A stretch of DNA of 63,479 nt, filler included, from Octopus bimaculoides (GCF_001194135.2; 3 parts of 3 records of this genome joined end to end with filler, not necessarily neighbours in it), one strand, 5' to 3'. Shown: positions 13,841-25,659, numbered from the whole stretch's first letter. Translations and numbers: made by a program. The notes: generated by a model not told the origin, from the sequence alone.

Positions 13841-14089
13841 GTTGTTGGCACTCCGTCGCTTACGACGTCGAGGGTTCCAGTTGATCCGATCAACGGAACA
13901 GCCTGCTCGTGAAATTAACGTGCAAGTGGCTGAGAATTCCACAGACACGTGTTCCCTTAACGTAGTTCTCGGGGATATTCAGCGTGACAAGGCTGGCCCA
14001 TTGAATTACAGGCACAACAGAAACAGGAAGTAAGCGTGAGAGAAAGTTGTGGTGAAAGAGTACAGCAGAGTTCGCCATTGCGCCTCCAC
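13841..14089 (-). mobile_element. Family A SINE with internal head deletion, inside the pogo element
   Basis: TSD attcccatat (13831-13840, 14090-14099); about 126 bp of the head is missing at a GCCA microhomology. Confidence 0.85.
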
Positions 14090-14394
14090 ATTCCCATATA
14101 ACAGTTAAGAACATCACCATTACTGTATTACGCATGCTTAAAAGTGTTTGTTCGACTTGATGCTGCTGGCTTAATTACGCACGAATTGTACTTAAATAGT
14201 TTAGAGCTAAGTAGTTCATCGTGCTGTTTGTATTGGCAGTTTGCATCGTTACCGTGGCAAACAATAGATACTTAATTAAATACCGGTATTAAATGTTTGA
14301 ACTACTGTGGGTCTTTACTAGGGTTTTTATAAGCGGGACTTAAACCTGTACATTAATCTCAAATAAAACATTCTATACATTACATGCCCATAAA

Positions 14395-16305
14395 ATGCGT
14401 CGTTATTCAGCTATGTTTAAACTTGAAGTTATATCATATTCTTAAGAGCATGGTAATAGGGCCGCCGGAAGAAAATTTGATGTTGACGAAAGCAATATCA
14501 GGCTATGGAGAAGAAATAAAGACGAAATTAAACAGATACCAAAGATAAAGAAGGGGAGGAAAAAGCCAAACATCTTGAGCTTGAAAAAAATTTGCTTGAA
14601 TGGGTAGAGGAAAGAAGGGATCTTTTTTAAAACGGGGGCCACATTTTTCATTAATGTTTTACGTAGTGTTTTTGGTACCGAAAGACTTTCAAACTTCGTA
14701 TACTTATCTATTTTGTATTATAGAACAGAAAAATATTTTTGTATTCGAATTTATTTCATGTAAAAAATTGTCTTATTTCGATAATTTCAACCAATCACTG
14801 ACAAGTATTCAGTTGTTTATATTTACTCCTTTGGCTGATTAAGCCATAGCTTCGTTTTATTTGCTTTTTTCATTTTAANNNNNNNNNNNNNNNNNNNNNN
14901 NNNNNNNNNNNNNNNNNNNNNNNNNNTTGCTTTTTTCATTTTCTTTTTTTTTCTTCGTTTTATTTGCTTTTTTATTTTTAAATTTGCTGTTTTACCCTAA
15001 CCCTAACCCTATCACCGATAGAATTGTTTCAGAATCGTTTGTTTATGTAGTCGGCACTTAATGTATATCGGCTGAATGGACGTCAGTGATTGGTTGAAAT
15101 TACAGAAATACGACAACTTTAACATGGAATAACTTAGGGAGTTCTTTTTTTTTAAAGAAGACTAAGAGAAAAAGATGTTTTATATGACATATTCTACCAG
15201 TGTTCCAAGTTTCAAAGTGTTTCGTTAATGAAAAATGTGGCCCCCGTTTTAAAAAAGATCCGAAAGAAGACTTGGTGGAATAACCATTAATACAGTACAT
15301 TTGAGGCTACAGGTAAAACTCATTGCTAAAAAGATAAAACTTAATGAGTCAGAATTTAAAGCATCGCGTGGTTGGGCCAGTAACTTTATGTCAAAGCATG
15401 ACTTGTCTATTAAGAGGCGAACCTACATTTCACAAAAGTTACCAGTTATTGAAGAGAAGTTAATGAACTTTCAAAAGTTTATTAAAATGCGACGGGAAAA
15501 GGATTACCCATTGTCATTGATTGTTAATGCGGACCAGACCCCCATTAACTTTTGATGTCTACAGATAGCACAATAGATTTCAGTGGTACATCGTCAATTA
15601 CAATTAAAACCACGGGCATGAAAAAAAAGATCGTTTTACCATCATGTTAGCTTGTATGGCTGACGGTACCAAACTTAAACCTTATATAATATTCAAACGT
15701 AAAACAGCACCCAAATATATAAAATTTCCAACAGGGATTATTGTTGGATATCAACAAAAGGCTGGTTGGATGATGAGTTATTTAGAGATTGGATTGACAC
15801 TGTATGGGGAAATCGTCTTGGTGGAGCAATTAAACAGCACAACAGCTTGCTTGTACTAGATGCTTTTAGATGCCACAGAGGTGAAGATAAAAATGAAGCA
15901 TTTAAAAAAACATCACAAAACAGATGTTGCTATCATTCCATATTGCAGCCATTAGATGTCTCTATTAACAAACCAATTAAAAACAAATTGCGTGATTTAT
16001 GGACTGAATGGCTGTCGACTGGAGAAAAGTCGTTCACTAAAGGTGGAAGGGTTCACGCTCCCGACCTGACTTTGATATGCAAATGGATCGTGTATGCATG
16101 GAATGAACTTGATCCCCAGATTATTGTGAAAAGTTTTATCAAATGTTGTATATCGTCTGCACTGGATGGTACTCAGGATGACGTTGTATGGAAAGATGAA
16201 ATAAATGAAAGTGAATCTTCTGATGTTGACTATGAATCTGATGATGACGGAAATTTACACTACAATGATGCTGACATGTTTATGGAGGAACAAATGGAAC
16301 AGTGA
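14395..16305 (+). pseudogene. pogo-family transposase (N-terminal HTH, CENP-B HTH, DDE_1), frameshifted and split by a MITE
   Basis: MRRYSAMFKLEVISYS*EHGNRAAGRKFDVDESNIRLWRR..LEKNLLEWVEERR | FKASRGWASNFMSKHDLSIKRRT; catalytic motifs VNADQTP, LLVLDAFRCH, LQPLDVSINKP. Confidence 0.9.
14618..15261. mobile_element. Non-autonomous TIR element (MITE) with GGATC termini and 8-bp TSD
   Basis: 37-bp perfect TIR ggatcttttttaaaacgggggccacatttttcattaa; TSD gaaagaag (14610-14617, 15262-15269); removing it restores the transposase reading EERR. Confidence 0.9.
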
Positions 16306-16435
16306 TTTGATGCTGAAGGTAACGTTGAATTTGAATAAATGTTTTTGCGTTTGCTTTTGTAACTGATAGTGAGAAATATGTAAAGGCAATTTACTTAATA
16401 TTTATTTTTTAATGGCGTTATTAAGTGCATAAAAA

Positions 16436-17326
16436 GGATCTTTCTGATTTGGCGGACACCATTTTTTATTTAGTGTGTTTTGTACCGAAACACTTTAAAA
16501 CTTCGTATACGTGTATATTTTGTCTTATAGAACAGAGAAAAATTTTTATATTCGAAGTTATTTCATGTTAAAAATTGTCGTATTTCGGTAATTTCAACCA
16601 ACCACTAACGTATTGAGGTGAAAACAATTACTACTGTGGTTTGTCAACAACACGTTGTGGCGGTGTAATGAGATCTTTTCCCTTGAATAAAATTAGTGCC
16701 GTTGTTTGTCAACAGCAACTATCGGCGGTACTGTTATTTATGACATCGTTCGTGCGTTTGTACTGGTTTTAGCTTTAGGGTTATGAGTATTTTTGCCAAA
16801 TTTGGTGAAACATTTGTGGCGGTGTATTGAACAGATTTTCACCAAATTTGGCAAAAATACTCATAACCCTAACCCTAACTCTAAAACCCTAACCCTAACC
16901 CTAACTCTAAAACCCTAACCCTAACCCTAACCTTAACTCTAAAACCCTAACCCTAACCCTAACCCTAATCCTAAAACCGTAAAGCTAAAGCCAGTACAAA
17001 CGCACGAACGATGTCATAAATAACAGTACCGCCGATAGTTGTTGTTGACAAACAACGGCACTAATTTTATTCAAGGGATCCCATTACACCGCCATAACGT
17101 GTTGTTGACAAGCCACAGCAGTAATTGTTTTCACCTCAATAGACGTCAGTGATTGGTTGAAATTACCAAAATACGACAACTTTAACACAAAATAACTTTA
17201 AAAATATAAACTTTTCTCAACAACATTAAGAGTAAAAGATGTTTTATATGACACATTCTACCAGTGTCCCAAGTTTGAAAGTGTTTCGTTAGAAAACAAA
17301 TGGTGTCCGGCATATCAGAAAGATCC
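16436..17326. mobile_element. Related foldback-like MITE with GGATC termini and 8-bp TSD
   Basis: TIR ggatctttctgatttggcggacaccatt (2 mismatches); TSD cataaaaa (16428-16435, 17327-17334); long internal inverted repeats and a central (CCCTAA)n-like array. Confidence 0.9.
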
Positions 17327-19029
17327 CATAAAAAAGCTACACGTTTGCATTATGTTATATATACAATAATAGTAGAGGACATTACCATATATATGTTTAC
17401 AAACCAAGGACGTTATATAGACTTCCTTGACTCAAGTTAGAGAAGGGGTGTGTATTATACACAAGGTTTCGGTTTTTCAGAGGTACAGCCCCCTAAAAAT
17501 CTCCTGCATATCATACTTAAGGGCAGACTATACTCAAGGATTTACGGTATATGAAAAACTGATTAAAATGCAGACTGACATGAATCTTTTAGAAAGAAGT
17601 GTTCATACTGTGTAAACACTTTACGTCATTATTATTTGCATTCACTTTCAATCATCTCGATTCAAGTCCTTATTTGAAGTTACAACCCTTTTAGGCAAGT
17701 CAGAGGACCACGTCTCACCCAACCATTCTGGTTTTTGGCATGGATGCCCTTCCTAACACCACACCTTCTCATTGCCAGGGAAATTTGTAGATGCTACCAC
17801 CTCAGTGCATGCTTATGTACCATCATCCACAGCATACTGAGCTTTCCTTCCAAAGGATTCTTGCAACAGAAAGACTACTTACTTAAACATTGGTAAGTGT
17901 TACTTCTACAAGCTGTAAAAGTGCAGATGCTCCAATCTGGTAAAACAAAAACTAGGGCAACACATAACAGAGTGTATAACAGCAGTGATGTGTACATTCA
18001 CTACCTCTTATTGGCCTTTCAAGGATAGCTTCTCCTTGGATGAGACACTGTTCAAAACCTCATCTTAATTCTTGTCCATGTGTGAGTCCAGACCAAACAA
18101 AAACTAAAGTACTTTGATTGGTTTATCTGTCCAGTGCTTCATGATGCTATGAACTTGCTTTATATTCAGCTGGTACCAGTTAGACAGAATTATCTGAGCA
18201 AGCTTGAGTCTTTCACACTTTCTCTCCAAGTAGTTAGCTGCATGCAATCCTAACATGCATCTAAATTGCTATCCCAATTTTCTACTAGCATCAAAGATGG
18301 AAATGTTTTCATGAAAACTTATAGGCAGTTGAAGAAATACAGATTTCTTACCTGCTTCAAGCCTTAAACATTCACTAGTCACTCGTTGCTCATGTCTTGT
18401 ACCACTTGCATCTCAAAATTCAGACCTTTTCAAAACATTACCAACAATCCCTATAATCCAGAGTAACTAAGAGATGTGTACACTACATAGTTGTCAAAAA
18501 AGAGTGTGATTGAGTATATTCAGGAAATCCTTGTCTTGTTGATGGCTACCAGAGCTATATCTAGTAATTTAAGGTCGTTAAACATGTGACTTGCTTCCAA
18601 GCTGATGCCAGACATCATGCATTTATGCATCCTACTCTAAATACAGCCATTTTGGTCAGAGAAGAGAAAGAGAGAGAGGTTGCTCATATTAGATGTGGAG
18701 AAGGGCAGGTAATTTGCTCTTTTTTAGCAGTTGAAGAAGGTTCCTCAAAAAGTCTCTCTAAAATGTTTATGTTGAGTTTTTTCAGTAGAAGCCCTGTGTT
18801 AAATGAGTGTCAGTACATGCTTGTATGAGTAGCCTTTTTGGAGGTATTTTGTACAGGAGTGTTTCAAAACCCTATCCTTGTATATTTTGATTAATTGTTA
18901 CCTCCTCCAACAAGTCATTGTTATTCTTTTGAACAGAAGTGAAGTTGATAAAGGTAAACTTGTGTATTTGCTTGTTGATTTTGTTGTTGTTCTTGTATTT
19001 GGTTTTTGTTTTCAATTTTTGCTGTGAAA

Positions 19030-19320
19030 GCATGTGGCCGAGTGTTTAAGATATTCAGCTCATGGTCATAAGATTGTGTGTTCAAAACCTGCCAGCACAT
19101 TGTATCCTTGAGCAAGACACTATATTTCCCGTTGCTTCAGTCTACTCAGCTGGTAAAAATGAGTAGAATCTATATATTCAAAGGGTCAGTCTTGTCACAC
19201 TCTGTGTCACACTGAATCTCCCAGAGAGTTACATTAAGGGTATATGTGTTGGTGGAGTACTCAGCGACTTACACGTTAATTACACGAGTAGACTGTTCCA
19301 TTGATTGGATCAGCTGGGAC
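19030..19320 (+). mobile_element. Diverged CORE-type SINE sharing its 3' half with family A
   Basis: tRNA-like head TGGCCGAGTG..., CORE-like gtatccttgagcaagacact...gttgcttcagtctactcagctg, then the family A 3' half (caaagggtcagtcttgtcacactctgtgtcac...). Confidence 0.65.
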
Positions 19321-19807
19321 GTAATGGGGATGTTGCTAGTAGGGGTTACTTTATTCAGCTATTACAGTGGAGGAAGCAGTGGTGATGGTGGCAGTGCTAT
19401 TGTCATTGTTTTTGCTATTCTACCTCACCCCTCCTCTTCATTTTCACAGGTATTCTTGTCTTTCTTGCTATTGTTGTGACTATTGCTGTGTCATAAAACT
19501 GAAGTTGTCAGGAAGCTCTTTCTATTAAAAGTAAGGAAAAGAGAGTTGCTGCCATTGCTGGTCCCTTTATTTTGGTCTTTATTGTTGTAATTCTTCTTTT
19601 TCTTTTTTTGCTGTTGTTGCTGTACAGAATCCCGTTTTGGCAAGTGATGGCTTGTGAGGGATTGCTCCTTGCTCAGTCAGTGTTGCCTCTCACCACTCCT
19701 GTTGCTGGAATAGTTAACATTGTTGACATTTTTATAGGATGTTTGTTTGCTAAGCACAGACAATGGCTGTGTTTTCCTTAATTAGTGAAGTGTCTTTAAA
19801 CCCTCAC

Positions 19808-19868
19808 TTTTCTGAGTATGTTGTGAACAAACTCAAATCATTAAATCCAAATTCGTATGAGAAAAAGT
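19808..19868 (-). CDS. Candidate small minus-strand exon, unassigned
   Basis: Acceptor ttgtttcttcAG and donor AAA|GTGAGG; 61 bp; one open frame (FFSYEFGFNDLSLFTTYSE). No homology recognised. Confidence 0.25.
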
Positions 19869-20188
19869 CTGAAGAAACAATTATAGACATGTTGACTTAT
19901 GATAGGCATGATTTCTGTTACTTGAAGATGATGATGATGATGGTGGTGTTAACAACAACAACATTTATAAAGTTAATAAAGTATTTTTCTTTTTAGTGAA
20001 ATATTTTAATGAAATTATTTTAGAAATAAAAAAGAAGATACTCTGATACCAGTAGTCATACTTGCTGTTGATGGTCTGGCAATAAATTTTTAACGAATAG
20101 AATATTGTGGGATAAAATGATGCAGCTGCCACTGCTACTGCTGCTATTACTACTGCTGCTGCTGCTGTTGTTATTGCTATTGTTGTTG

Positions 20189-20226
<38 letters not shown>

Positions 20227-20228
<2 letters not shown>

Positions 20229-20432
20229 GGTGGTGAGCTGGCAGAATTGTTTGCACACCAGCAAAATGCTTAGCAGCATTTTGTCCCTCTTTGTTCTGAG
20301 TTCAAATTCTTCCTCAGTTGACTTTGCCTTTCATCCTTTCAGGGTCAATGAAATAAGTACCAATTGCATACTGAGGTCAATATAATCGACTAGCCCCTCT
20401 CCAAAAATTTCAGGCCTTATGCCTTTAGTAGA

Positions 20433-20471
<39 letters not shown>

Positions 20472-20481
20472 GATTATTATT
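20227..20481 (+). mobile_element. Family B SINE (Meta-domain-like core gcctttcatcctttcggggtcgataaaataagtaccag), (ATT)n tail
   Basis: Head aaggcggtgagctggcagaatcgttagc and B-box-like gagttcaaattcc. Further copies at about 21077-21328 (+), 21540-21705 (-), 21708-21927 (+), 22250-22520 (-), 44096-44325 (+), 52946-53160 (+). The Meta assignment is from memory. Confidence 0.75.
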
Positions 20482-21889
20482 GAGTGAGAGAGCAGTACAT
20501 GTCATCAAATTGACACTGGGGTACAAATATATGAAGCCCAATATATGCATGATGACTACCCGTCTGATAAGGGTACATCAGGCACATGCATCACAACCAT
20601 ATGTACACGACATGGTGATCTCATATCAAGGTAAATAGTGCATGACCTTGCAGGTGGGGCCCAGTTAGAATTTTCTTCAGTTCAAGTAGCTCATCTCACT
20701 CGATAGGTTCCTGAATAAGAGTTGTTAAAAGGTGTTGAATGAAATACCAATGTTTCCATAGGTAAATTATTCAAATCCCAAAGAATTCCTCTCAACACAT
20801 GGCTATGATGCTCTCCCACTACTTCTGCTCATGATCAGAGATGCACATATCATCAACCACTAAGGGACATGCTCAACTGGTTATAGTGAAACAACTGACA
20901 GGCAAATCTGTGGTATTGAACAGAATATTTGCTATAACCCCTCTTTTATACCAAGAAAAAACATGTACATGATAACACTTGCAATCAGTTAAGATCAGAA
21001 GCCATGAGAGCCAGTGCCTGGTACTTTATCATCATCATCATCATCATCATCATTATTATTTTTTATTTTTTTCTTCAAATCAGCAAGCTGGTAGATTTGT
21101 TATCATGCCAGACAAAATGCTTAATGGCATTTCTTCTGGCTCTTAATGTTCTGAGTTCAAATGCCACTGAGGTTGATTTTGCCTTTCATCCTTTCAGCAT
21201 CAATAAAATAAGTACGAGTAAAATATTGGGGTTGATGGTATTAACTTGCTATCTCCTCAAACTTGTTGGCCTTGTGCCTAAATTAAAAAAAAATATCATG
21301 ATCATGATAATCATTATTATTATTATTAACACACCTTAGCATGTGTAGAAACTAAAACTTCAATGAAATTATTGGTGATGTGCTATCACCTTGGTACATA
21401 TAACACCATGTCTAGAGCAGGCATCAATATTTGACTTGGACAATGCTGTCAGTGCATCGTTAATAATTTTCTTGTTATTACTTCTTGCGAACTTCACTAG
21501 GAAATGTAATAATACCAATAGCAACAGTAATAATAAAATAAATGTTTCAATTTTAGGTACAAGGGTAGTAATTTTAGGGGTAGGGAAATAGGTGATTATA
21601 TTGACCCCACTGTCTGACTGACTGGTATTTAATTTTATCAACCTTGAGGAGATGAAAGGCAAAGTTGACTTTGGCAGGCTTTGAACTTGGAATATAAAGA
21701 GATGTTATTCTTAGCAGCATTTCAACCATCTTTATACTCTGAGTTCAAATTCCACTAGAGTAGACTTCGCCTTTCATCCTTTCAAGGTTGATGAAATAGG
21801 TATCAGTTGAATACTGGGGTTGATGTTATCAACTTACATTTCTGAAATTTCTGGCTTTGTGCCAAAATTTAAAAGCATTTTTACTATTG

Positions 21890-21926
<37 letters not shown>

Positions 21927-22644
21927 TTTTATCATTATTATATGTTTGACTTTTGCTTTGTATTTGTACAAGTTGGCACCAAGTCTCACCCAGAGACCTC
22001 AAGAGACAACAAGTTAGAAGTTCATGTTGGTGTTATACCTAGGGTGTCATATATTTGGTTTTTTACATAGTATTGTTCTAGAGAATGTTTAAGAAAACAT
22101 AAGAAAATTATCAGTTTGTTTTAAAATTTGAGTTACATAGACAGTATTTTACATAGGATATGGGCAGTTCCCATGAGCACTGTTTTTTAAATTTCTGCCA
22201 TTTTTGGGGTTTCCTGGTATCTGAGTTAGGTAGCAATCAGCCCCTTTTTATTATTATTATTATTAAGCAATTTTGGGGAGGGGGTATGTTGATTACATCA
22301 ATCCCAAATTTATTTTTAGAAATTAGGCGAGGAGTTTGCGACGACGGCTGCTGCTTATTTTATCCACCCTGAAAGGATGAAAGGTGAAGTCAATCCCAGC
22401 GGAATTTGAACTCAGAATACAAAGATGGTCAAAATGCCACTAAGCATTTTACCCAGCATGCTAACAATTCTGCCAGTTCACTGCCTTATCAACAGTGATA
22501 ATAATAATAATAATAATCGTTGTTCGTTCACTTTTACATACTGGCATGGATTAGAAAACTATATAATTTAGGATATTGTTGGATACTTTTTCTTTTGCTG
22601 ATACTTGCCCGATTTTCAAGTAAGGAATCACATATCTTTGAAGG

Positions 22645-22987
22645 TGTAGTGACGTCATATGGCGCCAAAGGTACAGTCGCCATTACTGCATTTTTATCCA
22701 CGCATGCGTGGAGTTCAACATCTAAGCGTTTCCGTTTTTTTCATTCTCTTTTCTCGCCAGCCTGCGAAGAAGCAAGACGGGTCCTACAAGCTCTCTCATT
22801 GAGCGTGGTCGTACCAAGCTGTCTCTCCAACAATTCAACTCTGGGGACAGCTCACAACTACATTCCAGCATCTCAGCAACCAGTTTAAGGCTGCCTATTT
22901 CATCCATAAATAAATATTGTTGTGTTGATAGGTTCAGAGTTCTGCGTTCCGTTTATTCCGAATTTAATATAGGAAAGCAGGTGTACA
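22645..22987. other. CpG-rich island inside the CpG-poor block; solo-LTR-like or regulatory
   Basis: Begins TGTA and ends TACA; contains TGACGTCA, ATGGCG, ACGCATGCGT and AATAAA near 22909; 7-bp direct repeat aggtgta at 22642 and 22979. Confidence 0.35.
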
Positions 22988-23521
22988 CCTAATGGTGTAT
23001 AACCACTATTCTTAAAAAGGTGTGAAGCCAGCAGATGATTTATTGACTGACAAAGTAACAGCAACATCACTACTCACTGATGACCAAGAAGTGCAAATAT
23101 AAAAAAAAACACACACACACATACAAACACCCATCCATCTTCATACAAATGCACACAAATATGTACTTATATTATTTATATACTAGCAGAGATACCCGGC
23201 ATTGCTCATGATTAAAATGGCATAAGTTTTTATTGTTTTACTTGTTTCAGTCACGTGACTGCAGCCATGCTGGGGCACTGCCTTTAGTTGAGGAAATTAA
23301 CCCCAAGATTTATTCTTTGTAAGTCAAGTACTTATTCTATCAGTGAACTTTTGCTGAACCACTAAGTTACGGGGATGTAAACACAGCAACATCAGTTATG
23401 AAGTGATGGTGGGGGTACAAACACAGACACAGACACACACAAATATACGTATATATATATGACAGTCTTCTTTCAGTTTCCATGTACGAAATCCACTGAC
23501 AAAGCTTTGGTCAGCCTATAG

Positions 23522-23556
<35 letters not shown>

Positions 23557-23679
23557 GTACGTGTATATGTTTATATATATATGCATATATATGTAAATAT
23601 ATATACGTGTGTATATATATATATATATATATATGAATATTTTTTTTTTTTACTGTTCCATCCACAGATTGCACTTGTA

Positions 23680-24028
23680 ATGTACGAATCAGCCGGTCGA
23701 TTTCTCTGTGAAAGCATTTGAAGAGGCCAGGATGATGCAAGCAGGGCTCAAGAGACATTTAAGGAAAAAGGTGAAGACTGAGAAGGTGAATGACAAGGAC
23801 CTTTTTGTGTGCACAGTCTGTGACAGACCATGTCTGTCCTTGGCTGGCCTCAAATCTCACCTGCGAACCCATGGAAAACAAACCTCACCCAGCTATTCTG
23901 ATTATATGTCTGTGCACACGTTTGAATGTGGTGTGTGCCAGAGGGTTTGCAAATCCAATGGGGGTCTTAAAAGACATGTTAGGATCCACAATGAGCAGAA
24001 CTTACTTGCAGGTATTGGTAGTGCAAAT
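23680..24028 (+). pseudogene. Two tandem C2H2 zinc fingers, probably the C-terminus of an RTE-type ORF2
   Basis: FVCTVCDRPCLSLAGLKSHLRTH and FECGVCQRVCKSNGGLKRHVRIH preceded by [13 protein letters not shown]; no TGEKP linker; runs into a gap. Confidence 0.6.
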
Positions 24029-24846
24029 NNNNNNNNNNNNNNNNNNNNNNNNNNNNNNNNNNNNNNNNNNNNNNNNNNNNNNNNNNNNNNNNNNNNNNNN
24101 NNNNNNNNNNNNNNNNNNNNNNNNNNNNNNNNNNNNNNNNNNNNNNNNNNNNNNNNNNNNNNNNNNNNNNNNNNNNNNNNNNNNNNNNNNNNNNNNNNNN
24201 NNNNNNNNNNNNNNNNNNNNNNNNNNNNNNNNNNNNNNNNNNNNNNNNNNNNNNNNNNNNNNNNNNNNNNNNNNNNNNNNNNNNNNNNNNNNNNNNNNNN
24301 NNNNNNNNNNNNNNNNNNNNNNNNNNNNNNNNNNNNNNNNNNNNNNNNNNNNNNNNNNNNNNNNNNNNNNNNNNNNNNNNNNNNNNNNNNNNNNNNNNNN
24401 NNNNNNNNNNNNNNNNNNNNNNNNNNNNNNNNNNNNNNNNNNNNNNNNNNNNNNNNNNNNNNNNNNNNNNNNNNNNNNNNNNNNNNNNNNNNNNNNNNNN
24501 NNNNNNNNNNNNNNNNNNNNNNNNNNNNNNNNNNNNNNNNNNNNNNNNNNNNNNNNNNNNNNNNNNNNNNNNNNNNNNNNNNNNNNNNNNNNNNNNNNNN
24601 NNNNNNNNNNNNNNNNNNNNNNNNNNNNNNNNNNNNNNNNNNNNNNNNNNNNNNNNNNNNNNNNNNNNNNNNNNNNNNNNNNNNNNNNNNNNNNNNNNNN
24701 NNNNNNNNNNNNNNNNNNNNNNNTGGAGCCCGGTGCAGCCATCTGGTTCACCAGTCCTCAGTAAAATCGTCCAACCCATGCTAGCATGGAAAGCGGATGT
24801 TAAACGATGATGATGATGATGATGATACATACATACATACATACAC

Positions 24847-24905
<59 letters not shown>

Positions 24906-25525
24906 TACATACATACATATATATATAGATATAGATATAGACATATATATATATATACATACATACATACATCTATATATATAAAAGTGAAACGATAACT
25001 GTTACTCTGTCGAAGATTTCATTTTATTTCTTTGAGTTTTGAGACATAATATGGAACCAGTGCCAATGTTGCATTGCTTTAATAAAAAAAATTTTACATG
25101 TTGACACTCCTGGGGTCTCATAATATTACAATGTAAAATTTGATTTGATTTGGTTGAGCTGTTTGAGAATGCATTGGGAACAGACAGAGATACACAGGAT
25201 TATATTTATATATATATAGATGATGGGCTTTTTTCAGTTCTTGTTTATCAAGTCAACACAGAGGGCTTTGTTTGGTCTGTGGCTGTAATAAAGTCATTTG
25301 CCCGAAGTGCGGTACTGAATCAAAGGTCATTTTGTTGGGAAGCAACCTTCTTAACCATACTGCTATGCTAGAGCATTGCCAATGATTTTTTTATTATTTA
25401 TAGTGAACCTTGCAGAGAGAATAAGTGAGACCAACAACAATAATAACAACAATAATAATGATAATAATATTACTACTAGTAGTAGTAGTAGCAGCAGCAG
25501 CAATAGTTATAACGACAAAATTATT

Positions 25526-25659
25526 TCATCCAATAATTTTTTCGCCTATATTGTCTTGTTTAAACAAGATATTGTTGATGCTGTGTATAACTCCATTGAG
25601 GACAGAAAAATCAGTCCCAGAGACCTTTGCTTCAGTTTCACCATCGCTTATAATGAAAT
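25526..25659 (-). CDS. Coding exon completing the FAS1 domain (H2 motif), ending in TGA
   Basis: Strong minus-strand acceptor ttttctttttgttttcgtccAG. Reads (D)FIISDGETEAKVSGTDFSVLNGVIHSINNILFKQDNIGEKIIG*. AKV...D....NGVIH.I..IL is the conserved FAS1 H2 motif. Confidence 0.75.

Larger units (their letters stand above)
13716..17547 (+). mobile_element. pogo/Tigger (Tc1-mariner superfamily) DNA transposon, decayed and interrupted
   Basis: Right end gactatactcaaggatttacgg|TA is the reverse complement of a pogo-type TA|CCGTA terminus. The left TIR is not seen and is probably in the gap at 13706-13715. Transposase remnants lie inside. Confidence 0.75.

Noticed and set aside
16866-16975. Telomere or chromosome-fusion signature
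   Set aside because: The short degenerate array lies inside a TIR element bounded by a TSD.
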